A stretch of 64,000 bases of DNA. Source: Bryobacterales bacterium. Its GTDB lineage: Bacteria; Acidobacteriota; Terriglobia; Bryobacterales; UBA6623. Both the position numbers and the translations under genes were made by a program. The notes beneath the pieces are model-generated. The model had not been told where the DNA came from. It saw only the letters and a list, made by a program, of their open reading frames with translations, and did not search any database. The stretch lies in contig CBDBKC010000034.1 in assembly GCA_965206655.1 (NCBI GenBank), positions 365,613 through 429,612 of the forward strand. The letters run 5' to 3'. Positions 40,012 to 49,512 of the stretch are shown here, piece by piece; positions within the stretch are counted from its first letter, which is position 1; each line of letters starts with the position of its first letter.

Positions 40012-42735
40012 ATGGTCGGTCAAACCATCTCCCACTACAAGATCACCGAGAAGCTCGGTGAAGGCGGGATGGGTGTCGTCTATAAGGCGACCGACACCGA
40101 ACTTAATCGGCCCGTCGCCCTGAAGTTTCTCGCGCCGCACCTGCTCCGCGATGAGGAAGGCCGGAAGAGATTCCGGCGCGAAGCACAGGCCGCCGCAGCA
40201 CTCGATCATCCCAACATCTGCACCGTCTACGAGATTGGCCAGGCCGAGGATCAGAGCTTCATCGCTATGGCCTACCTCGAAGGCCGGACGCTGAGCAAGA
40301 GAATTGCCGACGGACCGCTAAAGCTGCCCGAGGCTCTCTCCATCGCCTTTCAAATGGCTGAGGGACTCGAAGCGGCCCACGAAAAAGGCGTTGTCCACCG
40401 GGATATCAAACCCGACAACGTGATGTTGATGAAGGGCTCGCGCGGGCTGGTGAAGCTGATGGACTTCGGGCTGGCGCAGCTTGCTCACGGTTCAAAACTC
40501 ACACGGGAGGGGACGACGCTGGGGACTCCGATTTACATGTCCCCGGAGCAGGCGCTCGGAGAGTCAACCGACAAGCGCGCGGACGTCTGGGCGCTCGGGG
40601 TCGTCCTTTACGAGATGGTCGTCGGACGACCGCCTTTTCGGGGCGAAGTCGATCAAGCTGTCATCTACTCGATCGCCAACGAGGAACACGAACCGCTCAC
40701 CGCTGTCCGTACGGGCGTCCCGAAGGAACTGGAACGCGTCGTCGACAAATGCCTAGCGAAAGACGCGGACGAGCGCTATCAACACGTCACCGATTTGTTG
40801 GTCGACTTGCAGGCGTGCCGCCGGTCTTTGGGCGCTCAGCCAGCCGGGCCGACGCCGTCGCCGGCACCCACCAATCGAACGTCACTGCTGGTCGGCGTTG
40901 CCGCCCTTGTTGCCGCTTGCCTAGGTCTTGCTTGGTGGCTCACCCGTTCATCGGGCCCAGCCCCGGTGCCGCAGTACAACCTGAGGCAAATCACGCGCGA
41001 CACGGGCTATACGGCCGATCCGGCCCTGTCACCCGACGGCAAGCTGCTGGCCTACTCCTCGGATCGTGATGGCGACGGGGTCCTTGACATCTGGGTGCAA
41101 CAACTGACGGGCGGCGCAACGCCGATCAACATTACGCAGCATGCAGACCATGACTACCAACCGTCCTTCTCGCCCGACGGTAGCCGAATCGTCTTTCACT
41201 CCGACCGGGATGGTGGCGGCAGCTACGTGATCCCGGCACTCGGTGGCAATCCCGGACTCATAGCAGGGACCGGATTCCGTCTTGGAAACACAGGAGCCGG
41301 AGGTCGATTCTCTCCCAATGGGGAGTGGATCAGTTACACACAATGGAGTCCGGGACCCGAGGCGGAGGTTCTCTCCCAGATCGAACTCGTCCCAGCCTCA
41401 GGCGGCTCCCCCAGAGTCCTGGAGACCGGCATGTTCTTTGCCAGGACGCCCATCTGGTCACCCAACAGCGAGCATGTGTTGTTCGCCGGATATAAGGGCA
41501 CGGCGGGAAGTGGTGAGAGAGCTAAGGACTGGTGGCTCGTGGCCGCGACAGGAGGGGAGGCGGTGCGCCTCGGAGCCAGAGAGATCTTCGCCAAACAAGG
41601 AATTATTATGGGGGCGAGGGCGTTCCTACAATTCCCCACACCTAAAGCCTGGCTACCCGATGGGAACAGAGTAATCTTCTCTGGGGCAATTGCCGGTTCC
41701 ACCACCAATATCTGGCAGGTGCGGATCTCGGCTGGCGACGGAAGACTTCTTGGGGAACCTCAGCGACTCACCTCTGGCACGGGAGAGGAAGACCCATCCG
41801 TGTCCCACGACGGACGCATCGCATTCGTGAGTCGATCTGCGGACGTGGACATCTGGAATTTGCCCCTCGACACGAATCGCGCCGAGCCTCTTGGCGAACC
41901 GCAAAGGGTTGTTGGCGGACTGAGTGAGGACGGGTCGCCATCCGTGTCGGCGGACGGGCGAAAACTCGTCTATGTGTCCGAGCGTACAGGAAACGGCGAT
42001 GTCTGGCTTCGAGACTTGGAAACAGGCCAGGAAACTCCCCAAACGACCAGCCCCGAGCGGGAAGGCCGGGCAATGATCTCGCCCGATGGATCGATGGTTG
42101 CCTTCGTGCGGGTGGAAGGGCGCTCCGGCAACTTATACGTAGTGAATCTAAACCAAAGGCCAAGGATGCTAGCGGAGGGAGTCAATATCCTGGGCTGGTT
42201 ACCGGACAGCAAGCGGATTCTCGGCTACACGCAGCCGGCGCCTAGTGTCTACAAGATCGTGGATACAGAGACAGAAGCGCAAGTTGATCTTGAACTCAAG
42301 CACCCTGAGCGCGCTACCAGTGTGGTTCGCTTTTCACCTGACAGTAAATGGATTGCGTTCAATTCTAACCTGAAGCCTGATGAATTCCCCCTCTTCATTT
42401 CCCGTATCGAGCAGGGTCAACCGACCGCACATGATGAGTGGATTCAGGTTACAGAAGGCGGGATCGACAGCCACCCATCGTGGTCACCCGACGGCAACAC
42501 GATCTACTACCTTTCTACTCGTGACGGATTCGTTTGCCTTTGGGCCCAAGCTTTGGACGCTAAGACCAAGAGACCACAAGGCTCCCCGAAGGAAATCTGG
42601 CCTTTTCACGGGCGCAATCGCCTTACCGGGAGAGCAAGGGTCTCTTTCCCCGCCATAACCAACGACCGTCTCTATTTCCCTGTGAGCGAACCCAAGGCCA
42701 ATATCTGGCTGGCTGAGCCGCAAGCCAAGCCCTGA
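40012..42735 (+). CDS. Ser/Thr protein kinase with one TM segment and C-terminal TolB-like beta-propeller repeats
   Basis: ISHYKITEKLGEGGMGVVYKA...ALKFL...HRDIKPDNVML...DFGLA...GTPIYMSPEQ; a TM segment LLVGVAALVAACLGLAWWL; then many SPDG blades. Confidence 0.95.
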   Translation: MVGQTISHYKITEKLGEGGMGVVYKATDTELNRPVALKFLAPHLLRDEEGRKRFRREAQAAAALDHPNICTVYEIGQAEDQSFIAMAYLEGRTLSKRIADGPLKLPEALSIAFQMAEGLEAAHEKGVVHRDIKPDNVMLMKGSRGLVKLMDFGLAQLAHGSKLTREGTTLGTPIYMSPEQALGESTDKRADVWALGVVLYEMVVGRPPFRGEVDQAVIYSIANEEHEPLTAVRTGVPKELERVVDKCLAKDADERYQHVTDLLVDLQACRRSLGAQPAGPTPSPAPTNRTSLLVGVAALVAACLGLAWWLTRSSGPAPVPQYNLRQITRDTGYTADPALSPDGKLLAYSSDRDGDGVLDIWVQQLTGGATPINITQHADHDYQPSFSPDGSRIVFHSDRDGGGSYVIPALGGNPGLIAGTGFRLGNTGAGGRFSPNGEWISYTQWSPGPEAEVLSQIELVPASGGSPRVLETGMFFARTPIWSPNSEHVLFAGYKGTAGSGERAKDWWLVAATGGEAVRLGAREIFAKQGIIMGARAFLQFPTPKAWLPDGNRVIFSGAIAGSTTNIWQVRISAGDGRLLGEPQRLTSGTGEEDPSVSHDGRIAFVSRSADVDIWNLPLDTNRAEPLGEPQRVVGGLSEDGSPSVSADGRKLVYVSERTGNGDVWLRDLETGQETPQTTSPEREGRAMISPDGSMVAFVRVEGRSGNLYVVNLNQRPRMLAEGVNILGWLPDSKRILGYTQPAPSVYKIVDTETEAQVDLELKHPERATSVVRFSPDSKWIAFNSNLKPDEFPLFISRIEQGQPTAHDEWIQVTEGGIDSHPSWSPDGNTIYYLSTRDGFVCLWAQALDAKTKRPQGSPKEIWPFHGRNRLTGRARVSFPAITNDRLYFPVSEPKANIWLAEPQAKP

Positions 42736-43069
42736 GGTCTGAGTCCAGGTCGTCCAAAACTGGTACGCAGGGTTCCGCGACCGCGAGCAGAACTAAGCTC
42801 CACGAAACAAACTACATAGGAGCCCGTCCGCACATAGGTGTCGCGAAATCGGGTTCCGTCCACCTTTCCGCCGGCTGAAGCCCACCTGGGCCTCTCAGCG
42901 GACTAGATCCGACCTTGTCGCCAAGTGTCGAGTTAGAGGGTGCCAGAAGGACGCACAACGCTCTTCTCGGAGAGCTGCCGAACCCGACGGGATCAATAGG
43001 CAGACGGCTTGTCGTCTCTCGGACGTGCTCCGCGCTAGGTGAGTGGCCTCTTGGGGAAATGCATCCAGC

Positions 43070-43948
43070 TCACTCCTGGCCTAACTGCTTTTTCTTGCCG
43101 GCGAGCCACTGCTCATATTCTTTGATGAGCGCCGGGTCCTTGGGTGCGGGGTAGAGCTCGCCGGCCTTGTACTTTTTGGTCGCGAGCTTCTCTTGGGTCC
43201 ATTGGTCCTTTAGCTCGGTGAGAAGAACTTCTCGGGCGACATCCTCCGCGAGGTGCGGCGGTATGACCGTAATGCCTTCGGCGTCGCCTACGATCAGGTC
43301 GCCGGGCATGACGGTAACGTTGCCAATCTGGACGGGGACGTTGATTCCGGTCAACATGACGTTACGCAGCGGCTTGACGTGCGCCTCGCGGTAGTAGATC
43401 GGGACAGGCTGCTTGCGAATTCCATCAAGATCGCGAATACCACCGTCGATGACAAAGCCGTTGCCGGTGGCGGCGTAGATGGCGGCGGAAAGATTGTCAC
43501 CCGTCATCGAGCCCTCTTCGATTTTTCCGAATAGATCGACGACGAGCACATCACCGGGCTGGAGCATTCCAATGACACGGGTGTGGGTGCGGTCGGAGAG
43601 TCCTTGGCGGGCCGCATCGGCTTCGATGACTTCGTCGACGTCCGGGCGGACCGGCATGTATTCGGCCGTAAACGCCCGGCCGATGAGTTTGATTTCGGGG
43701 CGATTGATCTTCCAGCGCCCTTCCCACTGGAATCGGTAGTCGCGATCCCAGAGCGGTTTCCAAAGCATCTCCGAGGAGGCGCGCCGGAGACGGCCGATCA
43801 GAGAGTCGGGGACCTTCGGACGGCCGTCGGCGAAGCGTTCAAAAGGGTTCTGGGGGGTGTATTTGATGATTTGCGGTCGCGAAAAACCCTCCATCTGAGC
43901 AGAGAGGGGTAGAGCGGCGAAGACGAGGAGGAGTGCGAGCTTGCTCAT
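43070..43948 (-). CDS. RraA-family (RraA / HMG-CHA aldolase-like) protein with N-terminal signal peptide and flanking extensions
   Basis: MSKLALLLVFAALPLSAQ signal. The core ...LQPGDVLVVDLFGKIEEGSMTGDNLSAAIYAATGNGFVIDGGIRDLDGI...VTVMPGDLIVGDAEGITVIP follows the RraA-like pattern. Confidence 0.7.
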   Translation of the reverse strand: MSKLALLLVFAALPLSAQMEGFSRPQIIKYTPQNPFERFADGRPKVPDSLIGRLRRASSEMLWKPLWDRDYRFQWEGRWKINRPEIKLIGRAFTAEYMPVRPDVDEVIEADAARQGLSDRTHTRVIGMLQPGDVLVVDLFGKIEEGSMTGDNLSAAIYAATGNGFVIDGGIRDLDGIRKQPVPIYYREAHVKPLRNVMLTGINVPVQIGNVTVMPGDLIVGDAEGITVIPPHLAEDVAREVLLTELKDQWTQEKLATKKYKAGELYPAPKDPALIKEYEQWLAGKKKQLGQE

Positions 43949-44001
43949 TTCGCGAATGTAGCACGGCCGGCGGACCGGGTAGGGGCCAGCCGTGGAGCAG
44001 A

Positions 44002-44053
44002 GTTGAGCCGTTGAACTGTTGAGTGGTTGAGCTGATGGCGGTGGGGGGGGGGG
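44002..44053. repeat. Four tandem 8-nt units with a GTTGA core (GTTGAGCC GTTGAACT GTTGAGTG GTTGAGCT), then a G11 homopolymer (44043..44053)
   Basis: Read directly: GTTGA starts at 44002, 44010, 44018 and 44026; the G run spans 44043..44053. The element lies 54-105 nt upstream of the RraA-like start codon and 40-90 nt downstream of the symporter stop. Confidence 0.8.
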
Positions 44054-44092
44054 CCGTGGGTTCGTTTTGAGTATGAGGCGAACACTGACGGA

Positions 44093-45517
44093 CTACGCGC
44101 TAGCATGCCCAGCTCTGGTTTCGTGGCGAGTTCCCAGAACGAGGATCAGAATCGCGAGCGGCAAGCCGACCAGGATGGGGTCGAGCCGCCAGATGATGAC
44201 GACCGATCCTACTTGCTGAATGGCTCCGAAGATTTGCAACAAAGCTACGGTCGCGGCGCCTAAGATCATTGCCGCCATGATGGTCTTTGGCGCTCGTCTG
44301 GACCTCGGAAACAGAACGAGCGCAACCAGGGCGGGCGCGACTGAGGCCCCCATGATCCGTCCGCCGAGCCAGAACAACTCGATCAGCAACGGCACCACAT
44401 GGTAGAGGGCCGTCGCCAGTAGCCCCACGATCACAATGTTGAGCCGATAGATCCAGATCTGACGTCGAACGCTCGCAAGCGGGTTTATGAATCGCTGGTA
44501 AATGTCAATCGTGAGGTTGGACGCCATTGTGTTGATGGTTGAAGACAAAGTTGACATGCTTGCCGCCAGAACGCACACGACAACGATTGTCGCGAACTGC
44601 CCGCCCGCAACGCCAAACGCCACCTCAACGAATGTGTCTTCCGCTTTTATTTTGTCGCCGTGCATCGCCTGGCCGAGTATCCCCAGCAGGGGAGGAATCA
44701 TGTACCACAACGCGCCGATGATGCCCCCGTAGAGGAAGCCCTTTCGCGCTACCTCGGGACTCGAAGCCGCGAGGCCCCGCTGGATGATCCCCTGGTAACC
44801 ACAGGTAACGGCGATCCCAATCGCGACCCATCCCGCCACCTGAGCTATCCCCGCCTTGCCGAAGAGTCCAAGCATCGCCGGGTCGACTTGCGCACCGAGA
44901 GCCCTCGCTCCGCCGAACTGCGCAAGGCCAGCGGCCAGAAGGCCGACGGTCCCGACGACGATGATGACAAACTGGATCGCATCCGTCACGAGGACGGCCC
45001 ACATCCCACCCAGCAAGACGTAGACAATCGTCACGCCGAGCCACAGCGCCTGTGCTTCGAGCACGGATATGTCCAGCAAGGCGGTCGAAACGACGGTCAG
45101 GGCTCCAATCGTGCCGGCGGTGACACCCAGGTCTCGGAGGATAACGAGGCACAGCGAGACAAGCCGGTATCTCGGGCCGAAAAAGCGCTCGAACAACTCC
45201 GGGATGGTGACGACGCCGCTCTCGCGGAGTCTCGGAATGATGTAGAACCCGATCCAAATCGTAACGAACAGAAACGAGCCACCTGACCAGTAGGCGCTCA
45301 GCCCGAAGTCCTTCGCGAGGGCGGAAATCCCGATGAGCGTAGTGCCGTTGATCCAGGTGGCGGCGACGGAGAACGCAATCAACCAGACGCCGGAGCGGCG
45401 TCCGGCGACGGCCATGTCGTCCGTGGTCGCGACTCTACCCCGGCCCCAGAGACCAACCCCCAGCATCAAAGCCAGATACACGAGGATGAGCCACCAAGAT
45501 GGTTGAACAGAGTCCAA
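44093..45517 (-). CDS. Sodium:solute symporter (SSS/SSF) family transporter
   Basis: Polytopic membrane protein with a typical SSS N-terminus (WWLILVYLALMLGVGLWGR....TTDDMAVAGRR...W). The track start at 45547 would overlap the upstream mini-ORF; TTG 45517 lies 5 nt after that ORF's stop. Confidence 0.88.
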   Translation of the reverse strand: MDSVQPSWWLILVYLALMLGVGLWGRGRVATTDDMAVAGRRSGVWLIAFSVAATWINGTTLIGISALAKDFGLSAYWSGGSFLFVTIWIGFYIIPRLRESGVVTIPELFERFFGPRYRLVSLCLVILRDLGVTAGTIGALTVVSTALLDISVLEAQALWLGVTIVYVLLGGMWAVLVTDAIQFVIIVVGTVGLLAAGLAQFGGARALGAQVDPAMLGLFGKAGIAQVAGWVAIGIAVTCGYQGIIQRGLAASSPEVARKGFLYGGIIGALWYMIPPLLGILGQAMHGDKIKAEDTFVEVAFGVAGGQFATIVVVCVLAASMSTLSSTINTMASNLTIDIYQRFINPLASVRRQIWIYRLNIVIVGLLATALYHVVPLLIELFWLGGRIMGASVAPALVALVLFPRSRRAPKTIMAAMILGAATVALLQIFGAIQQVGSVVIIWRLDPILVGLPLAILILVLGTRHETRAGHASA

Positions 45518-45522
45518 GCGAG

Positions 45523-45630
45523 CTACCCTCCCAGAATGAACCCCCACAACCAGTTGTAGAGAAATCCGGCCATTACGAGAAGCGCGAGGGCTAGCCAGGG
45601 GTTGAAGCGAGGCAAGGGGATCTTGTCCAT
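45523..45630 (-). CDS. 35-aa single-TM mini-protein upstream of the symporter (possible small symporter subunit)
   Basis: Not in the ORF track because it is under 60 aa. Translated by hand: MDKIPLPRFNPWLALALLVMAGFLYNWLWGFILGG. Small hydrophobic ORFs preceding SSS transporters are a known pattern (DUF3311-type). Confidence 0.4.
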   Translation of the reverse strand: MDKIPLPRFNPWLALALLVMAGFLYNWLWGFILGG

Positions 45631-45677
45631 TGGGTCGGCCTGGCTCCGGCTCGCTGGGGCTGACTTCCGTATGTCCG

Positions 45678-47780
45678 TCACGCTCTGGGAGTCACAAGCA
45701 GGTTGCCGTATTGGTCGACCTCTACCTGGAAGCCGGGATGGATCAGCGAGGTCGAGTCCATCTCCTCTATAACCGCCGGGCCTTCGAAGCGGTGGCCGGC
45801 GGAGAGCCGATAGCGATCGTAGATTGCTGTTTCCTGGAAGCCCTTTTCTTCGGCAAAGAAAACCGGGCGGACCTCACGCCTCGCCTGTTCCAAGCCGTAC
45901 CCACGATCCTTCAGCTTGCGAAGCTTCGGCTTCTCGATCAACCCGATCGCCGTGACACGGAACGTGACCAACTCGACCTCTTCCTGGGGGTAGGAGTGTC
46001 CATAGGCTTGCTCATGCCCCTGGTGAAAGCGCGCAGCCGCCTCGTGCAACGACTCCGATGTGAGCTCCCCAGCGGGGCAGGCCACGGGCAATTCATGGGA
46101 CTGGCCGACGTAACGAATCTCGATCTCCCGCTGAAGTTTCATCCGCGCGGCGGGAATGCCATCGCGGGCAAGTGTCCGCCTTCCCTCGTCCTCCATCGTG
46201 CCGAGCAAGCGTATGATCTCCGCCGGTTCGGCGTGATCCAGTTTGGTGACGCGGGTGTGCGAGAATTCGTGTCGCAGGTCGGTAACGAGCAGCCCCAGAG
46301 CTGACGTCGTGCCGGGGCTCGGAGGAATGATGAGCAGAGGGATCTGCATCTCGGCAACAAGCCGATTGGCGTGAAGCGGGGCCGCGCCGCCGAAAGCGAC
46401 AATCACCAGCTCGCGAGGATCGTAGCCTCGCCTCACCGAGACCAGCCTTAGGGCATTGATCATGGCGGCGTTCGCGATCTCAACGATCCCGTTGGCCGCG
46501 GCGACCGTGTCCAAGCCCATCGGCTCGCCACACTTCTTTCGAATCCCTTCGGCCGCTGCTTCACTGTCGAGCTCCATCTCACCGCCGAGGAAGTAGCGAG
46601 GGTTGATACGGCCGAGAACCAGATTGGCGTCCGTGAGGGTCGGCTCGACGCCGCCCCGGCCGTAGCAAATAGGCCCCGGCTCGGCGCCCCCGCTTTGCGG
46701 GCCTACGCGAAGGATGTTCCCCGAATCGACCCAAGCAATGCTACCGCCGCCTGCGCCGATCTCCACAAGATCGATCACCGGCGTCCGAATGGGGTATCCG
46801 CTGCCGCGAGACTCCCCTGCCCCCGCCACTGCCGCGGTTCCCAGCTCATACTCCTTGGTGACTTTGGGTTCCCCGTCGAGAACCAATCCGGCCTTGGTGG
46901 TCGTTCCCCCCATATCGAGGGAAATCAAGTCCCGCCGCCCGACCGCTTCGGCGACATAGTTGGCCGCGATCACGCCCGCCGCGGGCCCCGATTCCACCAT
47001 GTAGACCGGTTTCTCGGCCGCCGTTTTGAAGGTCAGCACACCTCCATTCGACTGCATGACGAGCAACTCGGCGTGAATCCTTTGGGTCTTCAGTTGAGTC
47101 GAAAGGCCCGTCAAATATGACTCGACGACGGGCCGCAAGCAGGCGTTGACGACAGTTGTGCTGGCACGGAAGTACTCACGAAACTCCGGCAGCACATCGG
47201 ACGAGAGCGAAACAGTCAGGTTAGGATTCTTCTTCAGCAGGATGTCACGGATCTGCTGTTCGTGGGCCGGGTTGCTGTAGGAGTGGAGCAGGCAGACCGC
47301 GACGGATGCGACTCCCTCTTTCTCGAGTTCCTCCGCTATCCACTCGACCCGCGACGGGTCGAGTGGCAGCAACACGCTGCCCTGGGCATCCAGCCTTTCG
47401 GGTACTTCGAAAGCAAGGTTTCGAGGAACCAGCGGCCGCGGCTTTTCGAAATGCACGTCGTACAGCGACGGCCGGACTTGACGAGCGATTTCCAGCATGT
47501 CCCTGAAACCGGCTGTGGTGATGAACGCCGTCTTCGGGGTCTTGCCTTCGATGAGTGAATTCGTGGCGACGGTGGTGCCGTGGACCAGGAAAGCGATACT
47601 CTCCGGTGCGAGTTCAGCTTTCTCCAAGATTCTCGTTAGGGCATCGAGGAAGCCGATGGAAGGATCTTCGGGCGTCGAGGGCACTTTGGCGATCTGTACC
47701 TCGCCGGTTTCCTCCGATACCAGCACCGCATCCGTGAAGGTTCCGCCAATGTCAATTCCCAAGCGATAAGAGCTACTCAT
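45678..47780 (-). CDS. hyuA: Hydantoinase/oxoprolinase A-type subunit (HyuA; ATP-dependent lactamase/carboxylase beta-like)
   Basis: MSSSYRLGIDIGGTFTDAVLV...LVHGTTVATNSLIEGK...SLDMGGTTTKAGLV... has the ASKHA-type motifs of the HyuA family; 700 aa. Confidence 0.92.
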   Translation of the reverse strand: MSSSYRLGIDIGGTFTDAVLVSEETGEVQIAKVPSTPEDPSIGFLDALTRILEKAELAPESIAFLVHGTTVATNSLIEGKTPKTAFITTAGFRDMLEIARQVRPSLYDVHFEKPRPLVPRNLAFEVPERLDAQGSVLLPLDPSRVEWIAEELEKEGVASVAVCLLHSYSNPAHEQQIRDILLKKNPNLTVSLSSDVLPEFREYFRASTTVVNACLRPVVESYLTGLSTQLKTQRIHAELLVMQSNGGVLTFKTAAEKPVYMVESGPAAGVIAANYVAEAVGRRDLISLDMGGTTTKAGLVLDGEPKVTKEYELGTAAVAGAGESRGSGYPIRTPVIDLVEIGAGGGSIAWVDSGNILRVGPQSGGAEPGPICYGRGGVEPTLTDANLVLGRINPRYFLGGEMELDSEAAAEGIRKKCGEPMGLDTVAAANGIVEIANAAMINALRLVSVRRGYDPRELVIVAFGGAAPLHANRLVAEMQIPLLIIPPSPGTTSALGLLVTDLRHEFSHTRVTKLDHAEPAEIIRLLGTMEDEGRRTLARDGIPAARMKLQREIEIRYVGQSHELPVACPAGELTSESLHEAAARFHQGHEQAYGHSYPQEEVELVTFRVTAIGLIEKPKLRKLKDRGYGLEQARREVRPVFFAEEKGFQETAIYDRYRLSAGHRFEGPAVIEEMDSTSLIHPGFQVEVDQYGNLLVTPRA

Positions 47781-49512
47781 GGCCCGCCGCCTCTCGCTTG
47801 AGTTGCGACCGAAGCCGCTCCGTTTCTTCCTGATCGAACGTTAGTCGTTTGGGATCGATTGCGACGCCGTAGCGTTCTCTCGCCCTGGAGCCGCTGACCT
47901 TACCCTCTCGAACGTCTCGGAGCACAAGCTCCGGATCCCGTTCCCAAGCGGGACCGTAGCCGCCGCCGCCGCAAGTCTCCATGCGAATCACCTCACCTTC
48001 CCTGACTGTCAGGCTGGTTTTCGAGCCGATCACTTTCTGGACGCCGTCCGCGATGAGAGAGTACTTGGCACACTTTCCATCCTCACCACCGAATAATCCC
48101 CAGGGGGGAAATTTGGCGCGGTCAGCGAGGATCGTGAATACGGGCTCGTGATCTACAAACGTATATTCCCTGCATAGGCCCAGCCCTCCTCGAAAACGGC
48201 CCGGGCCGTCCGAGTCGGGTATCAAGCTGTAGCGAGTGATGCGGACCGGATAGTTCTGTTCGGTCTCTTCGATGGGCGCGTTTTGGGTGTTCTGGGCGTG
48301 CATCTGGACTGCGTCCGGCCCGTCGGAGCCAATCCGGCCCCCATAGCCTCCGGCTAGAGTTTCGAGGAAGCAGTAGTATTGATTGGTCCGCGTATCCGTG
48401 CCGCCAAAGCCGGCGTGGCAGATCATCCCCTTGGTTCCCGCCGGAACCTTTTCCGGCAGAACCTCGGAAAAAGCCTTGAACAGGACGTCACACAACCGAG
48501 CGCAGACTTCCCAACCGCCCACGATCGCCGTCGGGGGCCTCGGGTTGACCGCCAGGCCCTCGGGCGCGATGACATGAATGGGCTGATAGAAGCCCTCGTT
48601 CAGCGGGATGTCCGGATCCACGAGACATTTCAGAACATAGACGCAAGCAGTGAACGTCTGGGTCAGGTTGCAATTCATCGGGGCCCGCCTTTGGGCGTCG
48701 GTCCCCGTGAAGTCAAAGGTTACCTCCCCGTCGTCCACCGTCACACGAGCCTTCAGACGCACAGGGCGGCCGGTAATTCCGTCGTCATCGAGAAAACCCT
48801 CTGCCGCGAAACTCCCTTCGGGGAGTTTGCGGACCTGCTCGCGGGTGCGCCGCTCGCTGTATTCGATGAGCCTGTCGATGTAGAAGCGGATCTTCTTTTT
48901 TCCGTGGCGTTCCAGCAAGTTCGTCAGGCTCCGAATGCCTATCCCGTTGGCGGCAATCTGGGCCCGTAGGTCGCCTGGAACTTCTTTCTTCGCGCGGACG
49001 TTTGCCACGAGCATCTTGAAGATGTCGGCAACCAGAGAGCCTGCTGAGACGAGCTTGACGACAGGAAGGATCACTCCCTCCTGGTAAATTTCCTGGAAGG
49101 CGCCGATGCTCGCCGGCGCGCCTCCGCCGACATCGACATGGTGGCAGGTGTTTGCCACGTAGCCGACCAACTCGCCTTCATGGAAAAAAGGCGAGATGAG
49201 GAAGATGTCGTTCAGATGGCTAGCCTGACGGTGCGGATCGTTGACCACAAGACCGTCACCGGGCTCAAGGTTTTCGGGCCCGTATTCGGCCACGGCGCGG
49301 GGCACGATGCGGCCGATGGTCACAAGATGGGCCGGCTGGCAGAACGCTTGGGCGACCATGCGGCCTTCGGCGTCGACAAAGGCGCAGGAATAGTCGAGGC
49401 GCGTTTTGATGTTCGTCGAGTATGCAGTGCGTTGCAGACAGACGGACATCTCCTCGGTGGCCTCCACTAAGGCATTGCGAATTACCTCGAAGAGGATAGG
49501 ATCGAACTTCAT
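47773..49512 (-). CDS. hyuB: Hydantoinase B/oxoprolinase subunit (HyuB), copy 1
   Basis: DPILFEVIRNALVEATEEMSVCLQRTAYSTNIKTRLDYSCAFVD...NDPH....HLND...GGGGYG. Overlaps hyuA by 8 nt. Confidence 0.92.
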   Translation of the reverse strand: MKFDPILFEVIRNALVEATEEMSVCLQRTAYSTNIKTRLDYSCAFVDAEGRMVAQAFCQPAHLVTIGRIVPRAVAEYGPENLEPGDGLVVNDPHRQASHLNDIFLISPFFHEGELVGYVANTCHHVDVGGGAPASIGAFQEIYQEGVILPVVKLVSAGSLVADIFKMLVANVRAKKEVPGDLRAQIAANGIGIRSLTNLLERHGKKKIRFYIDRLIEYSERRTREQVRKLPEGSFAAEGFLDDDGITGRPVRLKARVTVDDGEVTFDFTGTDAQRRAPMNCNLTQTFTACVYVLKCLVDPDIPLNEGFYQPIHVIAPEGLAVNPRPPTAIVGGWEVCARLCDVLFKAFSEVLPEKVPAGTKGMICHAGFGGTDTRTNQYYCFLETLAGGYGGRIGSDGPDAVQMHAQNTQNAPIEETEQNYPVRITRYSLIPDSDGPGRFRGGLGLCREYTFVDHEPVFTILADRAKFPPWGLFGGEDGKCAKYSLIADGVQKVIGSKTSLTVREGEVIRMETCGGGGYGPAWERDPELVLRDVREGKVSGSRARERYGVAIDPKRLTFDQEETERLRSQLKREAAGHE

